64,000 nucleotides of DNA from Clostridium sp. 1001271st1 H5 (lineage in GTDB: Bacteria; Bacillota; Clostridia; Lachnospirales; Lachnospiraceae). The stretch spans positions 57,908 to 121,907 of the forward strand of contig NZ_SPHO01000015.1 of NCBI RefSeq assembly GCF_005845215.1, written 5' to 3'. How positions within the stretch are numbered: position 1 is the first letter of the stretch; each line of letters opens with the position of its first letter. Position numbers and translations under genes: made by a program. This document shows, piece after piece, positions 1 through 10,646 of this stretch. Under the pieces are notes generated by a model. That model saw nothing but the letters and a program-made list of their open reading frames with translations, had not been told where the DNA came from and did no database searches.

Positions 1-21
1 TATCTTTCATAGGCTCTCCCT

Positions 22-951
22 TCATCGTTCCTGATCTCGTTGGCGTTTTTTCTGCCATTGTTCCAGCAGTTTAATAATGGTTTCCTGCATTTTGGCCGGT
101 GTATAGCTTTTGGGGAAATACTTTCGCAAGGTATCGCTGCTCAAGGTCACTTTATCCAGATCACCCTTTTTTTCCTCTGACATGATGGCAAGCATCACAT
201 CTTCTGACAATTTCCCGTCCTGGCTGAACTTTTTCATTCGCTGAGCCTGAGAAAGAGAAGGGGTGGCCTGCTCATAGTCCATTGTTTCCACCAGCATTTG
301 CTGTTCGTCCGGTTTCAAAAAAGAGAGTTCATAGGCTGGATTAAATGCGATTTTCTTTTCATCCACCATATCCAAAAGCTCTGGAATCAGCTCAGTCAAA
401 CGAACATATCGCATTACCTGAATACCGCTTCGTTCACCGGCTTCTTTTGCCACCTGGTCTCTGGCGCTCAACTTCTGTTCAACTTGAACAGAAGTCAGGT
501 CTGTTCTTGCTCCTTGATGTTTAATGGCTTCCAGCTTCATTTTGTAGGCAAAAGCCCTTTCACTGGGGAGCAGATTTTCTCGCTGCAAATTGCTGTCAAC
601 CATAATAATTGTGGCAGCATCGTCATCCAAGTCGCGCACAATGACAGGCATGGTTTCTTTTCCGGCCAATTCGCTGGCTCTGCGGCGTCTGTGACCGGCT
701 ACCAGCTCATAACCGCCATCAGGCAGTGGTCTGGCAATCGCAGGAACCAAAACTCCATACTTTTTGATGCTGTCTGCGGTTTCTAACATTGCATCATCAT
801 CCTTGACCTTGAAGGGGTGATCCTTGAACGGATGCAGTTCAGATAGGGGAATTTCCTGAATTTTTTCCAGTTGCTCGTCTTGCCGACTTTCTTCAGTAGA
901 AAACAGGTCATCTACTGAGGCCAGCTCTATTTTTTTCGCGCTGCTTTTCAA
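22..951 (-). CDS. ParB-like partition protein, mobile-element type (N-terminal ParB/Srx domain)
   Basis: Translation contains the HPFK...GVLVPAIARP...YELVAGHRRRRA ParB N-domain signature (GxxRxxA box). The 3' end overlaps the adjacent ParA ORF, as in parAB operons. Confidence 0.8.
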   Translation of the reverse strand: MKSSAKKIELASVDDLFSTEESRQDEQLEKIQEIPLSELHPFKDHPFKVKDDDAMLETADSIKKYGVLVPAIARPLPDGGYELVAGHRRRRASELAGKETMPVIVRDLDDDAATIIMVDSNLQRENLLPSERAFAYKMKLEAIKHQGARTDLTSVQVEQKLSARDQVAKEAGERSGIQVMRYVRLTELIPELLDMVDEKKIAFNPAYELSFLKPDEQQMLVETMDYEQATPSLSQAQRMKKFSQDGKLSEDVMLAIMSEEKKGDLDKVTLSSDTLRKYFPKSYTPAKMQETIIKLLEQWQKKRQRDQER

Positions 952-1729
952 GTTTCAATACCTCCTTCGTCAGATTTTTGTAGCCCTCAGCCACTTTGCC
1001 ATTAGGATCATGGGCATAAATGCTTTTTCCTTCAGCACTGATTTCTTTAGCCCTGACAGAATGAGGAATTTCTGATGTAAACACCTTGATCTTACTGCCA
1101 TAGGTTTCGCGCAGGAGAGCGGAGATTTCTTTGGCAAAATTGGTTCGGCTGTCTACCATCGTCAGCAGAATCCCATCAATTTGCAGCTTGGGATTGATTT
1201 GTCTGCGAACCTTATTGATAGTTTGCAAAAGCTGCTCTAAACCTTTAGCGGGAAGATACTCTGCCTGGACGGGGATTATAACCCTATTAGCGGCAGCCAG
1301 TGCATTGACCGTAAGCATACCCAGGGAGGGCTGGCAATCAATAAGGATATGGGAGTATTGCCCCTTCAGCGTGTCCAGATATTGTCGCAGAATGGTTTCT
1401 CGGCTCATAGCGTTTACCAGAGATACCTCCATACCAGATAGCTGGATGTCCGCAGGCATCAGGTCTACGCCCTCAGGGTGGTGCAGGATACCCTCGCCGG
1501 GACGAATTGGTTCATCCATCAAAATACGGCCCATAGCGTCTGACAGTGTAAAGGGCAGCTTGTCAGGTTGGGGATTGCCCAAGCTGATGGTCAGGCTTCC
1601 CTGTGGGTCTCCGTCAATCAGAAGGACTTTCTTCCCAGACTGAGCCAGACCAATTCCAAGATTGGCACAAGTGGTTGTTTTGCCGACACCACCTTTTTGG
1701 TTGGCTATGGCAATAATCTGTGTATTCAT
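908..1729 (-). CDS. ParA/Soj-family partition ATPase
   Basis: N-terminal deviant Walker A KGGVGKTTT, with DGDPQGSLT and the C-terminal ParA fold motifs. It sits directly upstream of and overlapping the ParB-like gene. Confidence 0.85.
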   Translation of the reverse strand: MNTQIIAIANQKGGVGKTTTCANLGIGLAQSGKKVLLIDGDPQGSLTISLGNPQPDKLPFTLSDAMGRILMDEPIRPGEGILHHPEGVDLMPADIQLSGMEVSLVNAMSRETILRQYLDTLKGQYSHILIDCQPSLGMLTVNALAAANRVIIPVQAEYLPAKGLEQLLQTINKVRRQINPKLQIDGILLTMVDSRTNFAKEISALLRETYGSKIKVFTSEIPHSVRAKEISAEGKSIYAHDPNGKVAEGYKNLTKEVLKLEKQREKNRAGLSR

Positions 1730-2071
1730 AATTTCACCTCATTTCTTTCTAAGTTTAGATATGAAAAAAAGTGCCTGCTCTACCTTTCCTGAGAAAGATA
1801 AAACAGGCACTTTTATTGGCTCAATACCTCTTGTAATGAGCCTCTATGTATGGTAGACTATGTCCACGAGACCATAAATATAATTAAGTCCCGACGGGAA
1901 TTGAACTTTTGGCTAACGCTAAAATTCGCGCCTTTGCAAACAGAGTGCAAACAATAGGGGGCTAAAATCCTTTGTTTTTGCTTGATTTTGCTTGTACGAG
2001 GTTTACAGTGAATGTGGAGAAATGCCTTGATATAACTGCATTTTCTTTATCTCCGTTGATAGGGAATATAT

Positions 2072-2126
2072 GCACTGGGTCCATCTCCTAAGCGGAAGGC
2101 CAGCGGTTCGAATCCGCTCAGGAACA
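2072..2126 (+). tRNA. Truncated tRNA 3' fragment (T-arm AGCGG-TTCGAAT-CCGCT plus 3' acceptor strand), probable att-site remnant
   Basis: A canonical T-stem-loop (GGTTCGAATCC) followed by a 7-nt acceptor 3' strand is present, but no complementary 5' acceptor strand or D/anticodon arms upstream. A native tRNA-type terminator follows immediately. Confidence 0.45.
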
Positions 2127-2134
2127 TACAAAAA

Positions 2135-2180
2135 CACGCCGGAAACCCTGGTTTAAGGGGCTCCGGCGTGTTTTCTTTTC
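2135..2180 (+). terminator. Rho-independent terminator (tRNA-type)
   Basis: GC hairpin ACACGCCGGA...TCCGGCGTGT followed by TTTTCTTTT. Confidence 0.6.
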
Positions 2181-2332
2181 CGTTTGCCAAAATTGTACAG
2201 GGCTGGGCAGCTGACCTATATACAGCTATAAGGCTACAAATGCTGCAGTTAAATTCATTTTTTATTTCTCTTTTGCCGTACACCTTCTGCGTGTCAGACA
2301 TATATTATCATAAAAGCACCAACTGAGGACCA

Positions 2333-3196
2333 TTGTATATGAATAACAATAACCCCTACTCTGAACCGTTACTTAGGATGACCCAGGCAGAAGACCCGAT
2401 TGACCCAGGTTTCACATATCCTGACACTGAAATGATGCTTCCGTCCCCTGACGATGATATCGACCCTGATTTTTCAGTCATGCCTCCTTACTATCCGGAC
2501 TACCCCGTACGTCCTGATTATCCGGTACGCCCTGACTATCCCGTCCGTCCGAATTACCCTGTGCACCCCTATCCGCCATATTATCCCATCCCCTGCGTGT
2601 TCTGCAATAATAACCAGTGGATTCACGGCGGAATACGCCTGTTAAACGGGGCCACCGGGTATAACCCATTTACCGTGTATATAGATAACCGGCCAGTATT
2701 CTCCGGGTTGGAGTTTTCTGAAGTGACCCAGTACCGCCAGCTGTCCCAGGGCTACCATACCTTCTCCGTCATGGGCTCAAACGGCTATGTATATCTCCGC
2801 AAATCCATGTATGTTGGCGACGGAATGGCCACCATTGCCATTGTCAACTCCTCCACAGGCCTGGACCTGGTATCCATCCAGGATACGGCCTGCCCCACGG
2901 ACCGGACCTCTGCCTGTTTCCGGGTCTGCAATTTAGCCTACTACAGCGGGCCCATCAATGCCTCCCTGGGCAATATTTACTTTAACTCAATCAACTTTGC
3001 CGATGCAGCCAGCTTCAGCCGGCTCAGCTCCGGCAGCTATACCCTGCGTGTGGCCCGTTCCGCCCGGCCGGAAAATACCCTGGTTACCACGCCGGTAACA
3101 CTGAATCCCTCCCGGATTTATACGCTCTATGTACTGAACTGGAATCCTTCCGTGGATACCATACAGACACTTCTGGTGGAGGACCGGAGAAGCTAA
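2333..3196 (+). CDS. DUF4397-like hypothetical protein with N-terminal PDYPVRP heptad repeats
   Basis: A 287-aa ORF with a Pro/Tyr-rich repeat N-terminus (PDYPVRP x4). The C-terminal half resembles clostridial DUF4397 proteins (YIDNRPVFSGLEF...). Its own terminator follows. Confidence 0.5.
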   Translation: MYMNNNNPYSEPLLRMTQAEDPIDPGFTYPDTEMMLPSPDDDIDPDFSVMPPYYPDYPVRPDYPVRPDYPVRPNYPVHPYPPYYPIPCVFCNNNQWIHGGIRLLNGATGYNPFTVYIDNRPVFSGLEFSEVTQYRQLSQGYHTFSVMGSNGYVYLRKSMYVGDGMATIAIVNSSTGLDLVSIQDTACPTDRTSACFRVCNLAYYSGPINASLGNIYFNSINFADAASFSRLSSGSYTLRVARSARPENTLVTTPVTLNPSRIYTLYVLNWNPSVDTIQTLLVEDRRS

Positions 3197-3210
3197 TCAA
3201 CAGCCTCACA

Positions 3211-3252
3211 GGGAGAAGGATGCAAAATTGATGCATCCTTCTCCCTTTTTTT
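3211..3252 (+). terminator. Rho-independent terminator
   Basis: Perfect hairpin GGGAGAAGGATGCA-AAATTG-ATGCATCCTTCTCCC followed by a T7 run. Confidence 0.6.
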
Positions 3253-3403
3253 GTATAAAAGCCTGTATTTTTCGGCCCTGTTCATGATAAAATAAAGGAA
3301 AGCCGGCGGATGAAACCCACGCCAGATGAGAGAGTTTTCTCTTGTGCGAAATACCAATCCGTCGTATACTATAAAATAATGCGAAAATTCAGGAGGATAC
3401 AGT

Positions 3404-4600
3404 ATGGACAAAATTAAGATGACCACCCCGATTGTTGAGATGGACGGCGATGAGATGACCAGAATTCTCTGGCAGATGATTAAAGACGACCTGCTGCTGC
3501 CATACATAGATTTAAAGACTGAGTACTATGACCTTGGACTGGAATACAGGGATGAGACCAACGACCAGGTAACCATTGATTCCGCCAATGCCACCAAGAA
3601 GTACGGTGTGGCTGTGAAGTGCGCTACCATCACCCCCAACGCGGCGCGTGTGGAGGAGTACCACCTGAAGGAAATGTGGAAGAGCCCCAACGGAACCATC
3701 CGCGCCATCCTGGACGGAACCGTGTTCCGCGCCCCCATTGTTGTAAAAGGAATCGAACCGTGTGTTAAGAACTGGAAGAAGCCTATCACCATTGCCAGAC
3801 ATGCTTACGGCGATGTTTATAAGGGTTCAGAGATGAAGATACCTGGACCCGGTAAGGTAGAACTGGTTTACACTGCCGCGGACGGCGCAGAGAGCCGCGA
3901 ACTGGTTCACGACTTTACCTGCCCGGGCATCGTACAGGGCATGCACAATATCAACCAGTCCATTGAAAGCTTTGCCAGAAGCTGCTTCAACTACGCTCTG
4001 GATACAAAGCAGGACCTCTGGTTCGCCACCAAGGATACCATCTCCAAGAAGTATGACCATACCTTCAAGGATATCTTCCAGGAGATATTCGACCGTGAAT
4101 ATGCAGGAAAATTTGAAGCTGCCGGCATCACCTATTTCTACACCCTGATTGATGACGCGGTCGCCCGTGTCATGAAATCCGAAGGCGGTTACATCTGGGC
4201 CTGCAAGAACTATGACGGCGATGTCATGAGCGACATGATATCCTCTGCCTTCGGTTCCCTGGCCATGATGACCTCTGTTCTGGTATCTCCTGACGGCAAC
4301 TATGAATACGAGGCTGCCCACGGAACCGTACAGCGCCACTATTATAAGCACTTAAAGGGAGAAGAGACCTCCACCAACTCCGTTGCAACCATCTTTGCCT
4401 GGACCGGAGCACTGCGCAAGCGCGGCGAGCTGGACGGCAATAAGGAACTGATGGAATTTGCGGACAAGCTGGAAAAGGCTACCATCGATACCATTGAGGG
4501 CGGCGAAATGACAAAAGACCTGGCCCTGATTACCACCATTCCGAATCCGGTGGTTCTTAACAGCGGGGACTTTATAAGGGCAATTGCAAAGAGGCTGTAA
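3404..4600 (+). CDS. icd: NADP-dependent isocitrate dehydrogenase (homodimeric, IDH1-like type)
   Basis: A 398-aa translation with the [16 protein letters not shown]...[22 protein letters not shown] motifs typical of eukaryotic-like NADP-IDH. RBS AGGAGG sits upstream. Confidence 0.9.
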   Translation: MDKIKMTTPIVEMDGDEMTRILWQMIKDDLLLPYIDLKTEYYDLGLEYRDETNDQVTIDSANATKKYGVAVKCATITPNAARVEEYHLKEMWKSPNGTIRAILDGTVFRAPIVVKGIEPCVKNWKKPITIARHAYGDVYKGSEMKIPGPGKVELVYTAADGAESRELVHDFTCPGIVQGMHNINQSIESFARSCFNYALDTKQDLWFATKDTISKKYDHTFKDIFQEIFDREYAGKFEAAGITYFYTLIDDAVARVMKSEGGYIWACKNYDGDVMSDMISSAFGSLAMMTSVLVSPDGNYEYEAAHGTVQRHYYKHLKGEETSTNSVATIFAWTGALRKRGELDGNKELMEFADKLEKATIDTIEGGEMTKDLALITTIPNPVVLNSGDFIRAIAKRL

Positions 4601-4617
4601 AACAGAATACAGGGTCT

Positions 4618-4668
4618 AAAAAGACATCCGGTCCGGGATAGGATTCCCTGACCGGATGTCTTTTATTC
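4618..4668. terminator. Bidirectional rho-independent terminator between convergent icd and the trpB-like gene
   Basis: Hairpin AAGACATCCGGTC...GACCGGATGTCTT flanked by A-run and T-run. Confidence 0.55.
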
Positions 4669-5903
4669 TAATCCATAAACTGGTCCCCATAACCATAATG
4701 CTCCACCACATAGTCGATATCCTTATCGCCTCTGCCGCTTAAGCACACCAGGATGGAGCCCTGTCTCATCTCCTTTGCCCTGCGCATGGCGTACGCCACA
4801 GCGTGGGAGCTTTCCACTGCCGGTATGATACCCTCATATCTGGACAGCTTGAAAAATGCCTCCATGGCTTCCTCATCGCTTACCGTGTCGTATTTAACCC
4901 GGCCCAAATCGTGGAGGAATGCATGCTCCGGACCTACAGACGGATAATCCAGCCCGCTGGCAATGGAGTATACCGGCGCCGGCTCTCCCTTCTCATCCTT
5001 CAGCATAATGCTCTCAAATCCATGCATAACTCCCTTTTCACCAAATTTCATGGACGCAGCATGGTCCCCCAGCTTTTCGCCTCTTCCCAAAGGCTCCACC
5101 CCTGTGATGTCCACCGGGTCGTCCAGGAAGGGAATGAACATACCGATGGAGTTGCTGCCCCCGCCCACGCAGGCGCAGACCTCATCCGGCATCATGCCTG
5201 TCATTTCCAGGAACTGGTCCCTTGCCTCATATCCCACAACAGACTGGAAATCCCTGACCATAAGCGGAAATGGATGAGGGCCCAGGGCAGAGCCGATACA
5301 GTATATGGAATCCTTATAATTCCTGGCATAGGATTCAAAGGCCGAATCCACTGCCTCCTTCAGCGTCTTAAGACCATGGGTAACCGGCACCACCTTTGCT
5401 CCCAGAATCTTCATCCTGGTAACATTGGGCGCCTGCTTTGCTATATCCACTTCTCCCATATGAATCTCGCACTCCAGGCCGAAAAATGCAGCTGCCGTGG
5501 CCAGGGCCACCCCGTGCTGGCCTGCCCCAGTCTCTGCGATAAGGCGCTTCTTGCCCATGAATTTGGCCAGCAGTCCTTCCCCCATACAGTGGTTCAGCTT
5601 GTGGGCGCCTGTGTGGTTCAAATCCTCCCGTTTCAGATATATCTGGCAATTTCCAATTTTTCCGGACAGACGCTCGCAGTGGTAAACCGGAGTTGGCCTT
5701 CCCTGGAATTCCTTGCGGATCCGCCTCAGTTCATTGATGAACTGTGAGGAATGGCAGATGGTCTGGTATGCGTCTGCTATCTCCTCAAAAGCCGGTATCA
5801 GCTCCTCTGTAAGATAAGCGCCTCCGTATTCACCGAAACGGCCGTCCTTATCCGGATAATTCTTTAAATAGGTTCTGTAATCCATGTCCTTCTCCTTAGT
5901 CAT
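4668..5903 (-). CDS. Tryptophan synthase beta-subunit-like PLP enzyme (TrpB2 type), stand-alone
   Basis: The [12 protein letters not shown]-lysine motif, GAGQHGVA, and the GGGSNSIG glycine loop. It is 411 aa and has no other trp genes nearby. Confidence 0.85.
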   Translation of the reverse strand: MTKEKDMDYRTYLKNYPDKDGRFGEYGGAYLTEELIPAFEEIADAYQTICHSSQFINELRRIRKEFQGRPTPVYHCERLSGKIGNCQIYLKREDLNHTGAHKLNHCMGEGLLAKFMGKKRLIAETGAGQHGVALATAAAFFGLECEIHMGEVDIAKQAPNVTRMKILGAKVVPVTHGLKTLKEAVDSAFESYARNYKDSIYCIGSALGPHPFPLMVRDFQSVVGYEARDQFLEMTGMMPDEVCACVGGGSNSIGMFIPFLDDPVDITGVEPLGRGEKLGDHAASMKFGEKGVMHGFESIMLKDEKGEPAPVYSIASGLDYPSVGPEHAFLHDLGRVKYDTVSDEEAMEAFFKLSRYEGIIPAVESSHAVAYAMRRAKEMRQGSILVCLSGRGDKDIDYVVEHYGYGDQFMD

Positions 5904-5942
5904 ATATTTTTCTATCCATTATAGCTTTATTTCCCCTGGTTT

Positions 5943-8900
5943 TCAATCTGTATCTCTGGGTTTGAACCTGCAGAATCCCCGTTCATACGCCTCTGTCTCC
6001 ATGGGTCTTCCGTACAGATACCCCTGGCCTGCGGCGCACCTGCACTGAATCAGATAGTCCGCCTGGGCGGCTTCCTCCACCCCTTCCGCCACGGTCTGTA
6101 TCTTTAAATCCCTGCACATGGCTATCACATGCTTGACAATCTGCCGGCTCACCTTATCCCTTCCGATTTTGTCCACCAGGCTCTTATCCAGCTTCAGGAC
6201 GTCAAATTCTATATCGGACAGGATGTCCAGATTACTGTATTTGGTGCCGAAATCATCCAGGCAGATACGGTATCCCCGTTTCTTGAACTCCCGCAGCGCC
6301 TGATACACCACATCCCTTCCCAGGGCCCCGATGCTTTCCGTCACCTCTATCTCCAGCTGTTCCGGCCTTACATCATATTTCTGTACAATGGATTCCACGG
6401 AATCCACGATACCCTCGCTTAATAGGGTCAGCCGGGAAAAATTAAAGGACAGAATCTGCTCTGTATAACCGGCTCTCTTCCATTGCTCCAGCAGGCGGCA
6501 GCACTCTTCCATAACAAATAAATCCACATAGCTTATAAGGTTTTCCCGTTCCAATACACCGATGAACCTGGAGGGAAGCACATCCCCGCCTTCCTTTCCC
6601 TTAACCCGTACCAGAGCCTCGGCGCCAGCGCATACGCCTGTGTCAAAATACAGCTTAGGCTGCAGCAACGCACGGAATTCCCCCCGCTCAATGGTGGAAA
6701 GCAGCTCCTTTATAAGCTCCATCCTTCCCTTGCCGTGAAAGGACGGCTTGCTTTCATAATATTTCTGCTTGTCAATCCGCATCAGCTCACAGGCCTGCTT
6801 CACAGCCCAGTCCAGGTTTTTCTCCCTGTCATCCCATATCTTTCCCACTGCCGCGGACAGCTGGCTCTGCGCCCCCAGCTCCTGCAAAAGAAGGCCCGTT
6901 CTCTGCTCGAATTCCACCGAGGATATATCCTCCATTATGATATCAAATTCATTGCTGTTCAGGCGGAACACTCTGCGGTCCGGAAAATGCTTCTTGATGA
7001 TATCCGACACACTGCATATGATTCTGTCTCCCTGCTCAGTACCCTTTGTGTCATTGATGGATTTCAGGTCGTTGATATCCACCACAATCACGCCCAGGGA
7101 AACCACCCGGTCCGCCCTGTACTGCCTGCGGTACTCATCATAGCTGCCCCGGTTAAGCAGTCCGGTAAGGGAATCATGATATATGCTGTAATACAGGCTT
7201 TGGGAGTCCTGTCTCCTGTTGATTTCCTGGGCAATGAAATACACCAGCATATCCATCAGCGCCAGAGGCCGGCGGCTCTTGCGTTCAAACATGACAATAT
7301 ATCCCTGAAGCCCTTTGCGGCTGACAATGGGAAATACCGACATATCTGCGAGCCGCTCCCTCTCCATGCCCTGGAACACCTCAAAGGACTCCCCCAGCAT
7401 GTCCTGAGGTTCCACGTAGTCCATAACGCCGGAGGGCCGCTTATGGCTGAGCCACGCCTCCATGTCCTGCTCCAGGGTCAGGCTTATCCCGGGCCTGCCG
7501 TATTCATCCATGCGGCAGATGCAGCTGATACCGAAGGAATCCTTATCCTTCAGGAACATCCGCATATGGGACGCCCCGTAATAATCTGCCAGAATATCCA
7601 TCAGACGGCTCATGGCCTCCTCCATGTCCGGCGCATCTGTCATGGCATAGATACCGCTGATAACCTTATAGGCAATTTTCTGTCCATCCTCCTCCCCGGG
7701 CCGCGGTCCCCGGCCTTCAGCCTCTTTAGCGGCCTGCAGGATTCGCTCAGACAGCTTTTCCCGGCCTGCCCCGCAGACCTCTTTGTCCTGCGAAAGGCTG
7801 TGCTCCGTCCTCTTATACCGGTGAATATCCTTCATACAGAAAAATGCCCGCACATGGTCCCCGGCAGGGTCCATATACATGTATAATTCCACCCGTACCC
7901 AGCACAGCATGTCATGCCCCATCAGACGCCTGTATTCCAGCGCCGTCCTGCATTCCCCGTCATCATACTTCTGCAGCAGGCCGGTTCTGTTAAATGTCCG
8001 TAAAAATTCTTCCCTGTGTTCGGGTTTTACTGTCTCCTCAGCCATCTTCTGCACAAAACAGCTGTAGGAACAGCCAGCGGCTGCTTCCCGAATCTCCCGC
8101 CATTTTCCGGAGGCCCCTGTCACCCTATCCTCTGTCAGGTCCGCGTCCCCGTATGCCAGCATACCCTCCAGCAGAAACTGGTTTACACGCCTGGATTTCA
8201 TATATGCCTGCTCCAGCTCCTTCTGCCTGGATATATCCTGAATCCTGCCAAGAACAATTCCCGGTAAATCACCCTCATAAGCCATGATTTCCAGCTCCAG
8301 GCTGAACCACCCATAGTCCCCCTTCCGGTCTTTAAGCCGGACCTCGCACCGCGCAGTTCTCCCGCCCTCCTGTAACACGCGGAACGCCTGCAGGAACGCA
8401 TTCCGGCTCTGCGGATGGACCACCTGGTTCTTTACCACACACTGGGGAAAATCCTTAAACTGCCGTTCTTCCCCGTATGTAAGCTTGCGCTCCGTATAAA
8501 CCAGGGCTGTCCTGGTATTGATGTTGTACTCAAATATCTCCTGGCCGCCAATATACAGAGGCCACCGCATCATCTGGTCCAGGATGCCCATGTTCTGGTG
8601 ATACCCCGTGATGAGCACTCTTCCATCCTCCATCTGCCTGGACCGGCCTGCGCACCGCACCAGCATATCGCCCCACTCAGGATGATTCCATGTATACTGG
8701 ATTTCACACAGCTTATCCGCTGCCAGTATACGCTGCATGGCCTCGTTAACGTACACATAGTTTCCCCGGTTAATCCTTCCGTACCAGAATTCAAAGCATG
8801 CCTCGGGCTCCAGTTCCTCTTTAAGGCCCAAAAGCCAGGCCATGGTCCGGTCCACATACATCCCGGCCCGGCTCATGCTGCGGTCTGTAACCATGGCCCA

Positions 8901-8987
8901 TAACCCCATCTGCGTATGCTCCAGGATATGGCCTGACCACTCTGTATCATGAAAGATAAAGCATTTCCTTAAATCACTGTAATCCAT
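5943..8987 (-). CDS. Cyclic-di-GMP signalling protein: N-terminal sensor (PAS/GAF-like) region, degenerate GGDEF domain and EAL phosphodiesterase domain
   Basis: The GGDEF position reads RLNSNEF (degenerate). The EAL domain shows the EALVR, DDFGTKYSNL, EGVE and QGYLYGRP motifs. The protein is 1014 aa. Confidence 0.85.
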   Translation of the reverse strand: MDYSDLRKCFIFHDTEWSGHILEHTQMGLWAMVTDRSMSRAGMYVDRTMAWLLGLKEELEPEACFEFWYGRINRGNYVYVNEAMQRILAADKLCEIQYTWNHPEWGDMLVRCAGRSRQMEDGRVLITGYHQNMGILDQMMRWPLYIGGQEIFEYNINTRTALVYTERKLTYGEERQFKDFPQCVVKNQVVHPQSRNAFLQAFRVLQEGGRTARCEVRLKDRKGDYGWFSLELEIMAYEGDLPGIVLGRIQDISRQKELEQAYMKSRRVNQFLLEGMLAYGDADLTEDRVTGASGKWREIREAAAGCSYSCFVQKMAEETVKPEHREEFLRTFNRTGLLQKYDDGECRTALEYRRLMGHDMLCWVRVELYMYMDPAGDHVRAFFCMKDIHRYKRTEHSLSQDKEVCGAGREKLSERILQAAKEAEGRGPRPGEEDGQKIAYKVISGIYAMTDAPDMEEAMSRLMDILADYYGASHMRMFLKDKDSFGISCICRMDEYGRPGISLTLEQDMEAWLSHKRPSGVMDYVEPQDMLGESFEVFQGMERERLADMSVFPIVSRKGLQGYIVMFERKSRRPLALMDMLVYFIAQEINRRQDSQSLYYSIYHDSLTGLLNRGSYDEYRRQYRADRVVSLGVIVVDINDLKSINDTKGTEQGDRIICSVSDIIKKHFPDRRVFRLNSNEFDIIMEDISSVEFEQRTGLLLQELGAQSQLSAAVGKIWDDREKNLDWAVKQACELMRIDKQKYYESKPSFHGKGRMELIKELLSTIERGEFRALLQPKLYFDTGVCAGAEALVRVKGKEGGDVLPSRFIGVLERENLISYVDLFVMEECCRLLEQWKRAGYTEQILSFNFSRLTLLSEGIVDSVESIVQKYDVRPEQLEIEVTESIGALGRDVVYQALREFKKRGYRICLDDFGTKYSNLDILSDIEFDVLKLDKSLVDKIGRDKVSRQIVKHVIAMCRDLKIQTVAEGVEEAAQADYLIQCRCAAGQGYLYGRPMETEAYERGFCRFKPRDTD

Positions 8988-9202
8988 ATGTTTACCTCAG
9001 CACACGGACAAGCGGCGCCCGTCCAAATATTCAGTCCCACTTTATTATAGCATCTCTCACCCAGGATACGATAAAAAAATGTTTTATTTCAAAATTTCAC
9101 CCGGCATCCGCTGCTTCAACGCAAAAAGCGGTCAAATAGACCGCTCTGCATGAATATATGTATTTTGTTTTCTCCAGAAAAATCCTCGGATTATCCGGGA
9201 AT

Positions 9203-10513
9203 CTATGAAACTGACCGGAAGGCCTCCTCCAAATCCTCCAATATGTCGTCTATGTGCTCCGTACCAATGGACAGGCGGATGGTTCCGGGACGGATTCCCT
9301 GCTCCAGAAGCTCCTCCTCGTTCAGCTGGGAATGGGTGGTGGAAGCAGGATGAATGACCAGGGACTTTACGTCCGCCACATTGGCAAGAAGGGAAAACAG
9401 TTCCAGGTTGTCAATGAAGGCTCTTGCCTTCCCCGCCCCACCCTTGATTTCAAAAGTAAAGATTGAACCGCCGCCTCTGGGGAAATAAGTTCTGTAAAGC
9501 TGCTGCTGAACCGGGTCCCGGCTTACACTTGGATGATGGACCGCTTCCACCTGGGGATGGGCGTTCAGGTACTGCACCACCTTAAGGGCATTTTCCACAT
9601 GGCGTTCCACCCGCAGCGACAGTGTCTCCAGCCCCTGCAGAAACATAAAACCGTGGAATGGTGAAAGGGTGGCCCCCGTATCCCTTAAGAGAATGGCCCG
9701 TATCCTTGTGACAAAGGCCGCAGCCCCCACATCCTGGGCAAACCGTATGCCATGATAACTGGGGTTTGGCTCTGTAAGTCCCGGAAACCTGCCGGAGGCA
9801 GTCCAGTCAAACCTGCCGCTGTCCACAATCACGCCGCCCACCGTGGTACCGTGACCGCCGATGAACTTTGTGGCTGAGTGTACCACAATGTCAGCGCCGT
9901 ACTCAATAGGACGGACAAGATACGGCGTGGCAAAGGTATTGTCTATAACCAGGGGAATCTGGTGGCGGTGCGCTATGGAAGCGATTCTTTCTATGTCAGC
10001 AATATCGGAATTGGGGTTGCCCAGCGTCTCTATGAAAACAGCCTTTGTATTATCCCTGACGGCTGCCTCTACCGCCTCCAAATCGGCCGGGTCCACAAAA
10101 GTGGTCTTTACCCCGTATTCAGGAAAGGTGTGGGCCAGGTAATTGTAGGTGCCTCCGTAAATATGGCTGGATGATACAATATGGTCCCCTGACCGGGCCA
10201 GGTTCTGGAATGTATAGGACAGGGCCGCTGCTCCGGAAGCCGTTGCCAGGGCAGCCACACCGCCCTCCAGCTGCGCCATCCTCTGTTCAAATATATCCAG
10301 GGTAGGATTGGTTAGACGGCTGTATATGTTTCCGGGGTCGCTGAGATTGAACCGGGCCGCCGCATGGTCACAGCTGTCAAATACATACGACGATGTCTGG
10401 TAAATCGGCACTGCCCTTGCCCCGGTGGAAGGGTCCGGCTGCTCCTGCCCCCCATGAAGCTGGGTTGTCTCAAATTTAAAATGCCTGTCTGCTCTCTTAC
10501 GCTTCTCTCCCAT
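9203..10513 (-). CDS. metY: O-acetylhomoserine sulfhydrylase (Cys/Met metabolism PLP enzyme)
   Basis: A 436-aa protein with HFETLQLHGG-like FETTQLHGG, and a PLP-lysine region [10 protein letters not shown] characteristic of MetY/CysD. Confidence 0.85.
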   Translation of the reverse strand: MGEKRKRADRHFKFETTQLHGGQEQPDPSTGARAVPIYQTSSYVFDSCDHAAARFNLSDPGNIYSRLTNPTLDIFEQRMAQLEGGVAALATASGAAALSYTFQNLARSGDHIVSSSHIYGGTYNYLAHTFPEYGVKTTFVDPADLEAVEAAVRDNTKAVFIETLGNPNSDIADIERIASIAHRHQIPLVIDNTFATPYLVRPIEYGADIVVHSATKFIGGHGTTVGGVIVDSGRFDWTASGRFPGLTEPNPSYHGIRFAQDVGAAAFVTRIRAILLRDTGATLSPFHGFMFLQGLETLSLRVERHVENALKVVQYLNAHPQVEAVHHPSVSRDPVQQQLYRTYFPRGGGSIFTFEIKGGAGKARAFIDNLELFSLLANVADVKSLVIHPASTTHSQLNEEELLEQGIRPGTIRLSIGTEHIDDILEDLEEAFRSVS

Positions 10514-10573
10514 GATACTGTCCTCCGTCTCTCTATTCCTACTATTTCTATAGGTTTAATTGATAGTATCATG

Positions 10574-10606
10574 GTATTTTTTTCCTGTCAAGAATTTATT
10601 TCAATA
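10574..10606 (-). promoter_or_regulatory. Sigma-A type promoter candidate for metY (TTGACA-N17-TACTAT)
   Basis: The reverse complement reads TTGACAGGAAAAAAATACCATGATACTAT, about 60 nt upstream of the metY RBS. Confidence 0.35.
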
Positions 10607-10646
10607 CATTTATATAACTGCATCCTCTATTCCCGGCCGGGCATTC

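Noticed and set aside
2047-2301. 84-aa minus-strand ORF over the tRNA fragment/terminator region
   Set aside because: It overlaps the tRNA-like T-arm and the terminator hairpin, has no RBS, and shows no similarity. Most likely spurious.
6735-7886. 383-aa ORF on the plus strand inside the GGDEF-EAL gene
   Set aside because: It is entirely antisense to a strongly supported 1014-aa coding region, its composition is low-complexity and His/Leu-rich, and it has no RBS. Typical GC-rich antisense open frame.
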